Source: the human T2T-CHM13v2.0 reference genome, Homo sapiens
Assembly: GCF_009914755.1 (NCBI RefSeq)
Contig: NC_060929.1
DNA: 64,000 nt
Direction: 5' to 3' (one strand)
In this document: positions 44,694 through 56,245 of the stretch, piece by piece
Position numbering within the stretch: position 1 is the first letter of the stretch
How the letters are laid out: each line of letters opens with the position of its first letter
Program-made: the position numbers and the translations under genes
Notes under the pieces: model-generated
The model's input: only the letters and a program-made list of their open reading frames with translations
Databases searched by the model: none
What the model was told of the DNA's origin: nothing

Positions 44694-44695
<2 letters not shown>

Positions 44696-45624
44696 GCTTT
44701 TCCTTCCATGGCTGTCTGTCAGTGTCTTAGGCACTGTCTTCCTGTGCTTGATTCTGTTTTTTCTCTCAAATGGCCTTGGGTCTTGAGCCACTGTGAGAGC
44801 TGACCCTCCTCTAAAGACCGGTTCTCAAGCTTAAGGACACCTAGGATAAACAGCCTTAAGGACGTCTAGACATGTTAACTTGAGACTATGGAAACCTGAC
44901 TCAGAATAGACAACCCAGAATACTATGCACATCTTGATTCTCTAAAAAGAAGGAAGTCTTTAACTCTGTCTCTTGTTCAGCTATACCTTGAGCTAGCTGA
45001 GACATAAAACAGCCCTCTTTCAGCCACATATAGAATACGTTGTCGGGATTTTCATCAAGGGCATGATGGGTGATATGGCCCTCATGTTCTTTGAATACCG
45101 GACAGTTCCTTGGAAAGAATTTTCAACTTGATGAATTCCTTGTTTGAAATTATGATAAGTAAATCTCTGTTAACTGAGTAATGGTATTGCTGCCTTTATA
45201 TATTCTTAGATTTTAATGAAGTTATTAAATTCATTTTTAAAAGAAGATAAAGCCAGATATCAACTCGACCTTGAGTGTCTCATTGACAACCACTTTTCAT
45301 ATAACTGAAAAAATAATTCTGAATGACAATTTTCGTTCATTTTTCCCTGAAATAAAACCAATAAGTTAATCACTGTATCATTCGGTTCCCTCATCTGTAA
45401 AAAGAAGGGAATTTATTTAGAATGCTGCTAAGGTCCCTTACATTGCTAACATTTATGACTAAGAAATCATAAACTGTTATATAAATGTAACTTCTATGGT
45501 GTTCCTCATTAGTAATAATAATAAAGTAATTCTATAACTACATGCTCCACAAAATATACTGTATAACGGTAAGGAGTTTACCTCAGCAATATTTTGAGAA
45601 AGAGCAACAAGGAAACTGCTATTG

Positions 45625-45692
45625 AAACAAACAGAAAGAAAGAAAGAAAAAGAAAGAAGAAAGAAAGAAAGAAAGAGAAAGAAAGAAAGAAA
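45625..45692. repeat. (GAAA)n imperfect tetranucleotide repeat
   Basis: Read directly. Confidence 0.95.
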
Positions 45693-47089
45693 TAGGAATT
45701 TACATAGTTGAGATTTGTCATTTGATTTCCCTATTTTTCACTTTAATTGTTATTCAATTAATCTAGACTTTTCAATTTCATAGAACAGTATTTTACTTTA
45801 TGTAGAATTTTATTTTATCATAGTATTTTATTTTATTTAGATATTTTTCCTAGGCACTATCAAATTGCATTCCATGGAATTAAATAGAATTTTGTGACTC
45901 TCCCTTACAGTTGTGTTCCTGTGTAACCTTAGAGGCAGGCTTTAAAACTGACAGCTTCAGAGGTCCCAGAATGGGGCTTAAAGCCTTCCTCCTCTGATTA
46001 TCCTCCCCTGAAAATGTCTCAGAGAAACTCAATGGTTTGAGGGATGTTATTTTATGAAGTTGTTCATCTTTCTTCCTGAAAATTAAATAGGACCTACTCA
46101 CTTTCTCCAAGCTGCCTACTCATGGCATGTAGTCCAACTTTGTTTAGTGTATTCAAGTATTGACAAAGATTAAGTATATACTTGCGCCAAAACTTATGCT
46201 AGGTCCTAGAACCACAAAGAAGCATTTCAAAAATTCACTATGTAGATTCATTTATTCAGTAAGTATAATTTGAATCATAATGCATCTACACAGTAGACCT
46301 TCAATAGATATTGCTGAAAGAAAAAAATACAAATAAGAAAGAATCCTTGGTACCTGAATAGAGCATAAAGAATAGAAGAAAACTAAACACCTATCTAGAA
46401 AGTAATATAATTTTATGCTAACTCACTATTACTGTAGTATTACTTATTGACATAGCAGTTACGTTTGAGGTTGTGCTTCTATTTTCATTCCAAATCAGTT
46501 TGTGCCACAATTGCTTTACATGGTAAGTAAAAGACCAACTAAGAAAATCCATGGGGATAGCACAGCTGTCTAACAAGTTTAGTGTTAGAACAAGAACTAT
46601 GCAACTGATTAGTGCTGATTTTGGTTTATTGCACTGGAAGGAGGATATAGAACCTCAAAAGGGAGACTCCAAGAACGGTCTTATCTATATGGGCAGCAAG
46701 AGAAGATAGAGCCACATGAGCAGAATCTGGCAGGAGAAAAAGCAATGAAGTGGTGAGTACCTGCCTGTAATACGATATTTTCCCTCTTATGCTTTTCTAG
46801 TTATAGCAGCAGAAAAGACCACGAACAACACAGGTGCTAAAGGAAAGAGCAGGAAAGAACCTCGAAACATAAGCTCTTGTTGTTCTTTGAAAACATTTTT
46901 TTCTTTCAGAGTGCAAGAAATTTAAGATTAAAGCTCCTGAAAGCAGCTCACTATTGATAGGGAGGGGATAGAGAGCATATCTGAGTTCTCTACATTTGCT
47001 TATTCAAAAATATGCAAACCACATTAAAATTCCAATTCATATTCAAAATCTCAGTGTAGCGTGGGAATTTTCTTTTTAAACTATCACGA

Positions 47090-47310
47090 AAGACTCCACA
47101 AAGTGCACAACCTTGCACAAAGGCTGTCACAACCCCACACCAAAAATACTTGTGCCAGGGCATCTGCCCAACAACTGCCTGTCCAAGTTCAGACTGGTGT
47201 CACCCTTGTTATTGACCTTTGTAGCCAAGGTCTCAAAACAATTACATTAATCCTCCTCATTTTTTTCCTTTAAAATTTTTGTCTTGCTTTACCTCTCTGA
47301 GTATAGCATG
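47090..47310 (+). mobile_element. MER34-family ERV1 LTR fragment
   Basis: acaaccttgcacaaagg...catctgcccaacaactgcctgtcc...tcacccttgttattga...tttgtagccaagg. Confidence 0.8.
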
Positions 47311-47899
47311 GAAATTTTTAAGAGTCTCATAACACAGTTCAATATTTCCATAAACAGATTGAAATTATTCATAACAACACTAATAACCTGATATAGTATT
47401 TTGGAGATATTAATTTCATTTCCTAAGACCACATCTTTATCCCCAGACTGATACAATCATTCTAAGCACAATTACAATCATGACGTCCAAGTACAAGATT
47501 CAGCATAACACCTCCACAGAGAAAAGTGAACAGCAAAGACCCAGAACTTTCTTACTACCACTTTGGTGACATAATGGGCCATGTAGTTTGATCAAAAATT
47601 TCAACAAAAATAATTCATTCTTTACTGGTAAAGTACTATTTTAAAAATTATGTTTAAAATTAAAAGCACTATAATGAATTATCTTATTCCAGCTAAGTAG
47701 CATAAAAAGATAAAATAACAGATTTAAAAATTTTATTTAAAAGATCAAAAGCCACATCCACAAGTTGTACTTATGGACGTTCTTGCCTTACATTTCATGA
47801 ATCCGTGTCTTTATATCAACACCCCTGCATGACATCAGTACCCAGAAAATGAACAGAGTTGTAAAAGGAGAGGCTTCCTACCTGCTCACTAGAACATCC

Positions 47900-48660
47900 A
47901 TGTATCTATTAACATTTATTATGCACCTTCTATGTGTTAGAAATTGTAATTCCTAGTTAATGAAAAAAAGATATGGCCTCCGTTTTCAAATAATTCACAG
48001 GGTTTTTTTTTTAAGGAAATGACAAGCTGACCGACTAAAATTTGAGCCAAGATAGACCTATGCACAGTCCTGGGTATGGAGGGAGGTAGGTGAAGCTGGA
48101 ATCAGAAGTCTTTTTGGCAGCTGGAGCTCAGTGTTGAAGGTTAAATTCAAATTACACAAGTGGGACCAAAGAGTAGGTGATCCAGGCAGAGAGACCAGAA
48201 TATGTGCCAAGACTCAGGAGTGTGAGAAACTGAAGGGGCATGAGAGAAGAGCCTTATATCCCACACTAAAGAGTGTGAGTCTTTAGCCATAGGTGATGGA
48301 GAGCCACTCTGTGGAAGTGACACAACCAGATTTGCTCTTCAGAAAGCTATCTCTGGTGGCTTGCATGGGATGCAATAAAGAAACTCAAAACTGGACACAG
48401 TGAAGGGCTAATGTAAAAATCCACACAGGCCCTGGAAATGTCTGAATTTCTTGAGAATCTCATCATTATCCCCACCACAATCATCATCATCATCATCATC
48501 ATTACCACCACAATATGATAAAGCCATGCATACATTATCTCATTTGATCCACATAATAACAATAGTGCTATTATTATCCCTATTTTACAGCTGGGAAAGT
48601 GGTAATCAGCAGAGTTAAGATTGAAACCCAGGAGTTTTGGTATTTCATGCTCAGCTTTCT
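47900..48660 (-). mobile_element. L2 fragment followed by a MIR with (CAT)n tail
   Basis: aacatttattatgcaccttctatgtg...gatggagagccact (L2); (cat)n at ~48480-48500 then ctcatttgatccacataataac...attatccctattttacag (MIR). Confidence 0.7.
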
Positions 48661-48669
48661 GTTCATCTG

Positions 48670-48709
48670 TGTGTCCACATCCCTTCATGTGTCCACATCC
48701 CTTCATGTG
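48670..48709. repeat. Perfect 18-bp tandem duplication (tgtgtccacatcccttca x2.2)
   Basis: Read directly; appears as MKGCGH MKGCGH in the ORF track. Confidence 0.95.
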
Positions 48710-49652
48710 AACAGTAGTTCAGAGATTGTTTTGGTTGGGGATCTGTCACTTTCTAGATAAAAAGCATTTAGGTACTAGGCAGAGAGGAGACTGTGAGAAC
48801 TTCTTTTAATTATCTGGCCACCTCAAAAATAATGTATTCTCCAACTGTATATACATAAAGAGACAAAAAAGATCAATATTCAAAAATACATAATATAAGA
48901 AAATGTTCTGTGACCAATAAATGTTCTTTGAAGACTAAAAATATCAAACTCTAACTAAAAGCCTAATATAGATTTCATCTGATAAAAAGAGTCAAAAGTA
49001 ATCAGTTGTTCTCTTTCATTATGTGCCTTTGAACTACTACATTATTTTAATGTTAAAGAGTCTGTTCCTAATAGTTGCACAGTTATATGACTGCAACTTG
49101 TTTTATTTTGACTAACTCATTCTCTATGACAAGAATACTATATTCATATTATAGTACATATGTTGCATTATCAAAATATTGGCTATTGAATTTAGTACTT
49201 TATTATTTGGAAAAGATATGAAGACAGTGCTCTCTTATAAACACATTTTATTTGAAGTGACAGTTTCTGGACCCACTGGTCCAAGCAAGAACTTCATTGT
49301 TTCTGGCAAGGATCCCAGAGAAGATCTTCATAACTCAAAAACTTAAATATCACTTTTGTTTAGGATAAACCATCATAATACTGCCAAAACTGATAGAAAT
49401 GCACATTACCAAAAATTAATTGTAGGAATAACAATGAATATAGTAGGTAAGAATCTATTTTCCAATTTTAAATAGACAATATTTAGAGGTTGGTTTTTAC
49501 ATAGAAGAGGACATTTTGCTGCACAAGAATTCTTGTCCTCTTCTATGTAAAAACTAATTTGTTTCATGTTTATTAAAGTAAAGAATTTAATGAGAACCCA
49601 AGAGCAGAGTAAATAATGCTCAGTCCTTGCTACTTTAAACAAATAAAAAAAT

Positions 49653-50061
49653 ACTGGATTAAGAAAATGTGGCACATATACACCATGGAATACTATGCAG
49701 CCATAAAAAATAATGAGTTCACGTCCTTTATAGGGACATGGATGAAGCTGGAACCCATCATTCTCAGCAAACTATCTCAAGGAAAAAAACCAAACACCAA
49801 ATGTTCTCACTCATAGGTGGGAATTGAACAATGAGAACACATGGACACAGGAAGGGGAACATCACACACTGGGACCTGTTGTGGGGTGGGGGAAGTGGGG
49901 GGAGGGATAGCATTAGGAGATATACCTAATGTTAAATGATGAGTAAATGGGTGCAGCACACCAACATGGCACATGTATACATATGTAACTAATCTGCACG
50001 TTGTGCACATGTACCCTAAAACTTAAAGTATAATAAAAAAAAAACTATCAGGAAAAAAAAA
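49653..50061 (+). mobile_element. L1PA4-like 3' end (~390 bp, 5'-truncated) with TSD
   Basis: ORF2 end [18 protein letters not shown], full 3' UTR with G-rich tract, aataaa and A tail; aaaaaaatact at 49645-49655 and 50055-50065. Confidence 0.95.
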
Positions 50062-50234
50062 TACTAAAGAACAAATAAAACCAATGTACTGAAAGTCTTG
50101 AATTATAATGTTAACATAGATACTTCCTACTGCTATCACTTACCTTCTGTCAACCTCAAATTCATGTTGGTAAAATAGATTTAAATTTTGTTTGTTAAAT
50201 TATTATGAAGCTAAAGGGAAACTTTGTATGCAGT

Positions 50235-50365
50235 GTACTGGTCTATAAGCCCTTTGAGAGCAGGGACCACGTCAGTTCATTATTTCATGCCTAGCCAAAT
50301 AGTGCCTTCCACCTGGACATTATTCATTGAATATTGGTTGAATGAACAAGTAAATGGAGGAATGG
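50235..50365 (+). mobile_element. L2 3' end
   Basis: ctataagccctttgagagcagggaccacgtc...gaatattggttgaatgaac. Confidence 0.75.
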
Positions 50366-52469
50366 ATAAAATAATTAAATAGAAAGTAGAATTTAAATAA
50401 TATTCTGATAAATCAGGAAAAATTGTTCATTTGTAGGAGAGGAAGGAAGATTCAAAACCCTGGGTTATTAAAATTAATTGTCCACTCTAATTGAATTCGC
50501 AGAATAACTTGACTTAAATTCACAGGTTAATTTCTCTCCAATTACAAATGCAATAATCTGCTATGGGCACAGTGCCAGCATGAACACTGGATCGCTGTGA
50601 TCAGCCAGACTTAGCACTGTGTTATTTGACTTTATTTTCTTTCCCAACAGATAAGATTTATTTCTTCTCCCTGTCTAGAACTTATGTTTATGTCTGCACA
50701 TCTCCATTTCCTTAAGTAACCAGTGACTTAAGGAGAATATCTCTATTTTGATCAATGCAAAATAAAATTTAATTAAAGCATGTTTAGTCCTAATTTCTGA
50801 GTAACAATTTCTTACCAATATTATAAGTTTAAAAACATTTGTAAATTAGCACAAGACATGCCTTCTAACATGTTTATTTTATTGCATTTAAACAGCTCTC
50901 TTTCTGACAAAATTCTGAAAGAAAAAATGTATAATGCTTATCTAATTCTCAAGATAATAAATTTGTGATATTTTTCCTCTTTATAATCAACATTTTTTCT
51001 CATCTTAGAAAAAAATAAAATCAATCACCAAAGGAAATAGGAATAATAATTATTAAAATATACAGAATACTACCATATAGAAACATAGATCAGGAAATGA
51101 ACTAAGATCTATTTAGAATCTTAAAATTAAAGTATCATTTCCTGCCATGATTCTAGAAACTTTAAAAAATATATTTCTCTATTATCAAGTCTTGTAACTT
51201 TCATGGTCATATGGTTTTTAATTATTTCACAGCATGGCATGTTCTTAATTCTCAAGAGGCAAATAATCATGAGTTTATCTTGATTACTTTTTAAACGGCA
51301 TTTATTTTGAAGAAATAAGTGAAAATAGCATATTAGTACAACATTTTATCTAAATAACATCTTGGGCATTTTCATAAACTCCAAAGACTCAAGATTTCAA
51401 GAAAAATGACATTTTACTTTTCCTCAACTATTTCTGATCATTTTCTGTAAATGTGACTCATAAAATTAATATTCATTTTCTCATTAGTGCCCTTAGTATA
51501 AAACGTTGTATTTTGGAAAATTTTAAGAGTGTAGTACAACAAGGTTTAACTTACCTTATAAGGAATTTGTTTTTGTAAACTCTTTTCAATACGACCTCAC
51601 TTCTCTGGTCAAAAGCAATCCAGAGACTTCCCTCTCTTCTCTTCCTCTTCCCTGACTGCCAGTGGGTGGATGGTTTCCTCTCTGTCTGCGATAAGCACTG
51701 CAGAGGACTCTCGGAGTTTGTCCTCACTCCTGATGCCACACACCTTTTCTTGGCACTTTATCTCGTCCCAGGGGAAGATTCCTGCAGAAATTTCCTTCTC
51801 TGTAATCTCTTGACAGATGGCTCTGCTGGCAAGAACCTCAATCCTTAGGAGTGCATTAATAGGCTTTTATTCTCCCACACTGCCTTCTCACAGGTTTTAT
51901 TTTTTAATTGCACATTAGTTGATACCTCATGTCCTAACAGGCCAGGGGATCATTGCACCCTTGTAATATTCCCAGCAAATCTGTTTTTCTGTTTTTTTAA
52001 TTTCTATAAATTTGTGAAGCTAGTTTCTTTTTAATAGTTCATTAATTTCCTTCTTCTATTCTCAGAGGCAGTTGGGAAAAAAGGCTCAGTAATTTACTTT
52101 AAAACACAAACTGAATATTGACTTGTTCAAATACAAATAAAGTAATTTTTTATGGCTGAGAAAATTGTAAACCAGACAACCAAAATCTTTCAATTACCAG
52201 TTTTTTTGACATTACAAGTGTTCCTCTGATAAATGCTTTTGCTATGTTCTCTCTCTGTCTAGCCCCTGCTTTCTGTATCTCTCCCTCTTATTATTTTTAG
52301 GGAAATAAAATAGAAACATACTCTGAAATTAGAGGGCCAATTGTCATCTGGATGATGTTACTTAAGATGATAAAGAAAATACTCATCAAATTATCTTATC
52401 AATTTATTAATTTCATCTTAATCTTTAAATATGATGAAAATAGGGGTGATCCAAAAAAGAGACAGCAAC

Positions 52470-52782
52470 AAAAATGCCTATAAACTTAGACAAGGAATTT
52501 CAGCCAAAATAAGGTAAAGTAAGGGGTGGCTGCAGCCATGGCTAACTGGAGCATGTGTGCCCATTTATAAAGGAAAATGTCTACTAGTCTCCAGCTAATC
52601 ACTGTCTGGTGGAAATTCAAGTTCTGCATTGTAAGGCCTATCTGTTTTTCAAAAGGATCCTAATATCTGGATTTTTATATGAAATAATCTTATGCTTTTT
52701 AAATATTAGAGAACACTACAGGAGTTAATCCCAACACCTGTGGCCCAGCCTCAGCCTAAGCACTGCCACATAATGACCTCTG
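52470..52782. mobile_element. MER102 (hAT-Charlie)
   Basis: atctggatttttatatgaaat...tttttaaatatt...tgtggcccagcctcagcc...tgacctctg. Confidence 0.65.
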
Positions 52783-53169
52783 ATCTAGAATAATATTCAA
52801 ATAAAACAAACCCCGTTGCTGAATCACTACCCTTCATTAATTGTGAGATCTAAGCTGTTTTCTCATAGGTGAACAGGATGGCAATAATGTAGACTAGTCA
52901 ATTTTAAAAACCTATAATATCCCTTAATAAAGACCTTAGGGAAGGGTATCAACCAAAGGACGGGTAACTGATGTGGGCAAATTGTAGATCAAACGTGAAT
53001 GCGAAGGGCCAGGTTTATTTAAAAATAATAATAACAAGTGATGTTATGAAGAGAGTGAGGCATTTTATCTTATCTGAATTTCTTACCCTTTACCTAGTAA
53101 CAATCTTATATAGTAATTACTTTGTTCTAATTGCTAAATGCAGATTTTTAAAAATTCTCGTAATTCCAT

Positions 53170-53765
53170 TAGTAGTAAAATGTTAGTCAACAATTTTCTA
53201 AACTAAATTTATTTATACACATACACACATTTTTATCTATCAGTACAATTTTACATGCCTATGCATTTGCATTATATATATATTTACCATTCTTTATAAA
53301 AATGATATACTGCATATATTATTTGATAGTCAATTTTTTAATTCAATATTAAATACATAATTAACTCTTTCCCATCAATAATCTTTCACAATGTGAATTT
53401 CAATGCCTACATGGTATCTCATTGTTTGGAGATAACATAATTTAACTGGCCAGTTCCCTATTACTAGGTAAATTTTCCCAATTTTTTATTCACAGTAAAG
53501 TATCTATAATTAACAACTGCTCATTGATCTTTGCGCACATCTATTATATCTTATCATATCAAAATATATCCCCATTGTTGTGCCAATTTACAGCTCTACA
53601 ACTGTGATAAGCAAATTTGTTTCCCTGCATTTTCAACAAAATTGGACATAATCATTCTCTCTAATTATTTTAGGTGAAAAAATAGACTGTGTAATAATTT
53701 AAACTTTATAAAATAAGTATTGCTTTCATATATACCAGGTAAACTTTCACACATATGAGCTAGAT
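53170..53765 (-). mobile_element. L1ME-type fragment
   Basis: cataatttaactggccagttccctatt...ccaatttacagctctacaactgtgataag...tttccctgcattttcaac. Confidence 0.6.
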
Positions 53766-53769
53766 AGTC

Positions 53770-54027
53770 TTTTTTTTTTTTGAGACAGAGTCTTGCTCAC
53801 TGCTGCAACCTCCACCTCCTGAGCTCAAGCGATTCTCCTGCCTCAGCCTCCCAAGTAGCTGGGACTACAGACATCCACCACCACACCCAGCTAATTTTAT
53901 GCATTTTTAGCAGAAACAGTGTTTCACCATGTTGTCTAGGCTGGTCTCAAACTCCTGACCTCACGTTACCCACCACCTCGGCCTCCCAAAGTGCTGGGAT
54001 TCCAGGCGTGGGCCACTGCGCCTGGCC
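53770..54027 (-). mobile_element. AluS with internal right-arm deletion
   Basis: Antisense Alu reading gagtcttgctc|actgctgcaacc, lacking the tgtcgcccaggctggagtgcagtgg segment. Confidence 0.92.
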
Positions 54028-54479
54028 TGAATGGTAATTTTTCTTAATGTTTTTTTCTTGACTGACTGGCAGGACAGGTTTCTCTAGCAATGCCTCAGAG
54101 TCAGAAACTGTAACGGGAAGCAATGGGAACCATCCAAAGATGCCTGTGGCATGGCAGGCGAATACCTGGAAGCCTGCTAGCAGCTCTGGGCCTCTCCCTC
54201 GTTAGGTCCCTGATAAAAGGGGCTCCGATCAGACGCTTCATGCATCAGGATTGATCAAGATGGGATACAGGGGGAATTTGTCAGTCATTGAGCTCTTTTC
54301 AAGAAATAATCTTTAAAAATTACCAACTGGGGCCTACTAATAACTGGGAAGAGAAATGTGATGGTAGGACTAGTATCCATGGCTTGGCTCAGTGGTTGCC
54401 ACACACAAGATCCTTTGTAACTGAAATCTCGTCTCTGAGATAACTCAGTCTCCACTCTGTGAGAAGTGATTTCTCTCGA

Positions 54480-54665
54480 CAGACCCAGAATCCACTGCCA
54501 CTGGACAGGGACCCTCCTGTGCTTCAGTTTTCCACCCACAAAATGGGAATGACAGTTGTAATTATTGGCCTCATACTTCTTATTGTAAAGAGTAAATGTA
54601 AACTGATTAGAAGATTGCCTGGCATAGATAAGACCTATATAAATCTGTGTTACTATTATCACCAC
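54480..54665 (+). mobile_element. MIR
   Basis: ctgtgcttcagttttccacccacaaaatgggaatgacag...tgcctggcatagataag. Confidence 0.7.
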
Positions 54666-56094
54666 TGTACTTTATATTCCTCTAGTTTCACAAATCTGAC
54701 TAAATAATTTATATCTTTATAAATTATATATATTACATAATAATTTATATCTTTCATGTATCTTCAAAAGATGAATTCCATGGGACCAACATTTGTTTTC
54801 CTAGGAAATATTAGGCCCTGAATAAATATTTCTTTGATGCTGTATGGATAAATAGATGGAAAAACAAATGAATACATTTTTAACCAAACCAGCAGGCTGA
54901 ATCTCTTCCTGGCCTGGTTCTTCTTTCTCATTTTTAGCCCCAGTTCTTCTTTCTAGTTTCTAGCCTATTTTCCCTCTCAGTTTGGTTTGGACAGTCTTTC
55001 ATAAACATATGCACTCCAGTTAAATTAAAACCAACAAAGCTTACACCTAAAGTCAATAGAAATATATTGAACCACAACCATAAACAAGGCACTCATTGTC
55101 TTAGAGCTGTTTCCCTCATAGAAGGCATATTTGTCACAGAGGACCTATAGCATGATAACTAATACTTTAACTAGAAAAGGCAAAATTGGTCTTTTCAGCT
55201 TAAGGGGAATATTTTTTGTTTTGTGTGAAAGAACATGATTTATCTTTTGAATAAGGGCATCATCAAAACGTGATGATTAGGCACTAACACTACTGTCTTG
55301 TAAAACAGGTATCAGTAGGAAGGTAGAACCATATGACCTAGACAATTTAGCTGTTGTACATCAGAGACCTGTGGAAATGCCAAAGGCTAAAAGAAATCTA
55401 GTGTGTGATTCAGGTAATTTCAGAGCAGTTTTTAAGGTTTAAGAAGAAATTACTCTTTCTTGTTTGTTTGTTTATTTAGTTAGTTTGGGTAAGGATGGTT
55501 TATGCCACATATTAATAGTTCTGTTCCTGGTAGTCTAGTGACTAAGATAAAAATAAAATTTAAAAAAAGTAAAAAAAAGTTCTGACTTTTTTTTGATGGT
55601 GATGAATTGATAAATGTGAAAAACAACTAATTCTGCCATTGTTCTGAAAATGACAAATACTATCTTAGCAATGCACTTTCAAAAAGTTCAACCCATTCTT
55701 AAAGTGAAATAAACATTGAAAATTCTGTCTTCCATATGAGACAGAGGGAAGAGTTTAGGATAACTACACCTTCATTGCAGAAAGACTATAGTGATGCTTC
55801 AGAAAATAATTGGATGCTAAGCATATAGAGAAAAAGTATTTTATTTTATATAATTATTATTTGCCTTTGTATGCAAATAAAAAAAAGTTTATCCAGATAG
55901 TCTTTAAACACTGTTGGAAACTCGTGGAAAGAAATGAATAAGTAGTTCTCAGGAATGGATTATATGCCCAGAAGTTTGTCATGTGGTACGTTTTCCTGCA
56001 TGACCTGAAACGTAAGTTGATTTTTATTCAATTATCTATTAAATATCAGGCAAAAGAAGTCTTCTTATTGGTATTTAAATAGAATTAGAGAATG

Positions 56095-56245
56095 CTAGAT
56101 CTTGAAGGGAACGTAGAACTCATCTGATCCAATCCCCTCACTTTTACTGATAAAGGATGGTGAAAATGAAGTTATTAAGCAATTGCCCAAAATTGCAGTT
56201 AATAACTGGTGTGGCCAAAACTCAACCTCAAGTTCAGTGCATTTT
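56095..56245 (-). mobile_element. MIR3/MIRc
   Basis: tagaactcatctgatccaatcccctcacttttactgataagg-like core...ttaagcaattgcccaa. Confidence 0.7.

Noticed and set aside
44829-44872. Short direct repeat cttaaggac..ctag x2 (similar small duplications near 28895 and 54705)
   Set aside because: Ordinary slippage duplications with no further structure.
48347-48706. 119-aa ORF with poly-Met and MKGCGH repeat
   Set aside because: Produced by the (CAT)n MIR tail and an 18-bp tandem duplication.
50568-50621. Inverted CACAGTG heptamers resembling V(D)J recombination signals
   Set aside because: No ACAAAAACC-like nonamer at 12- or 23-bp spacing and no Ig/TCR segments nearby.
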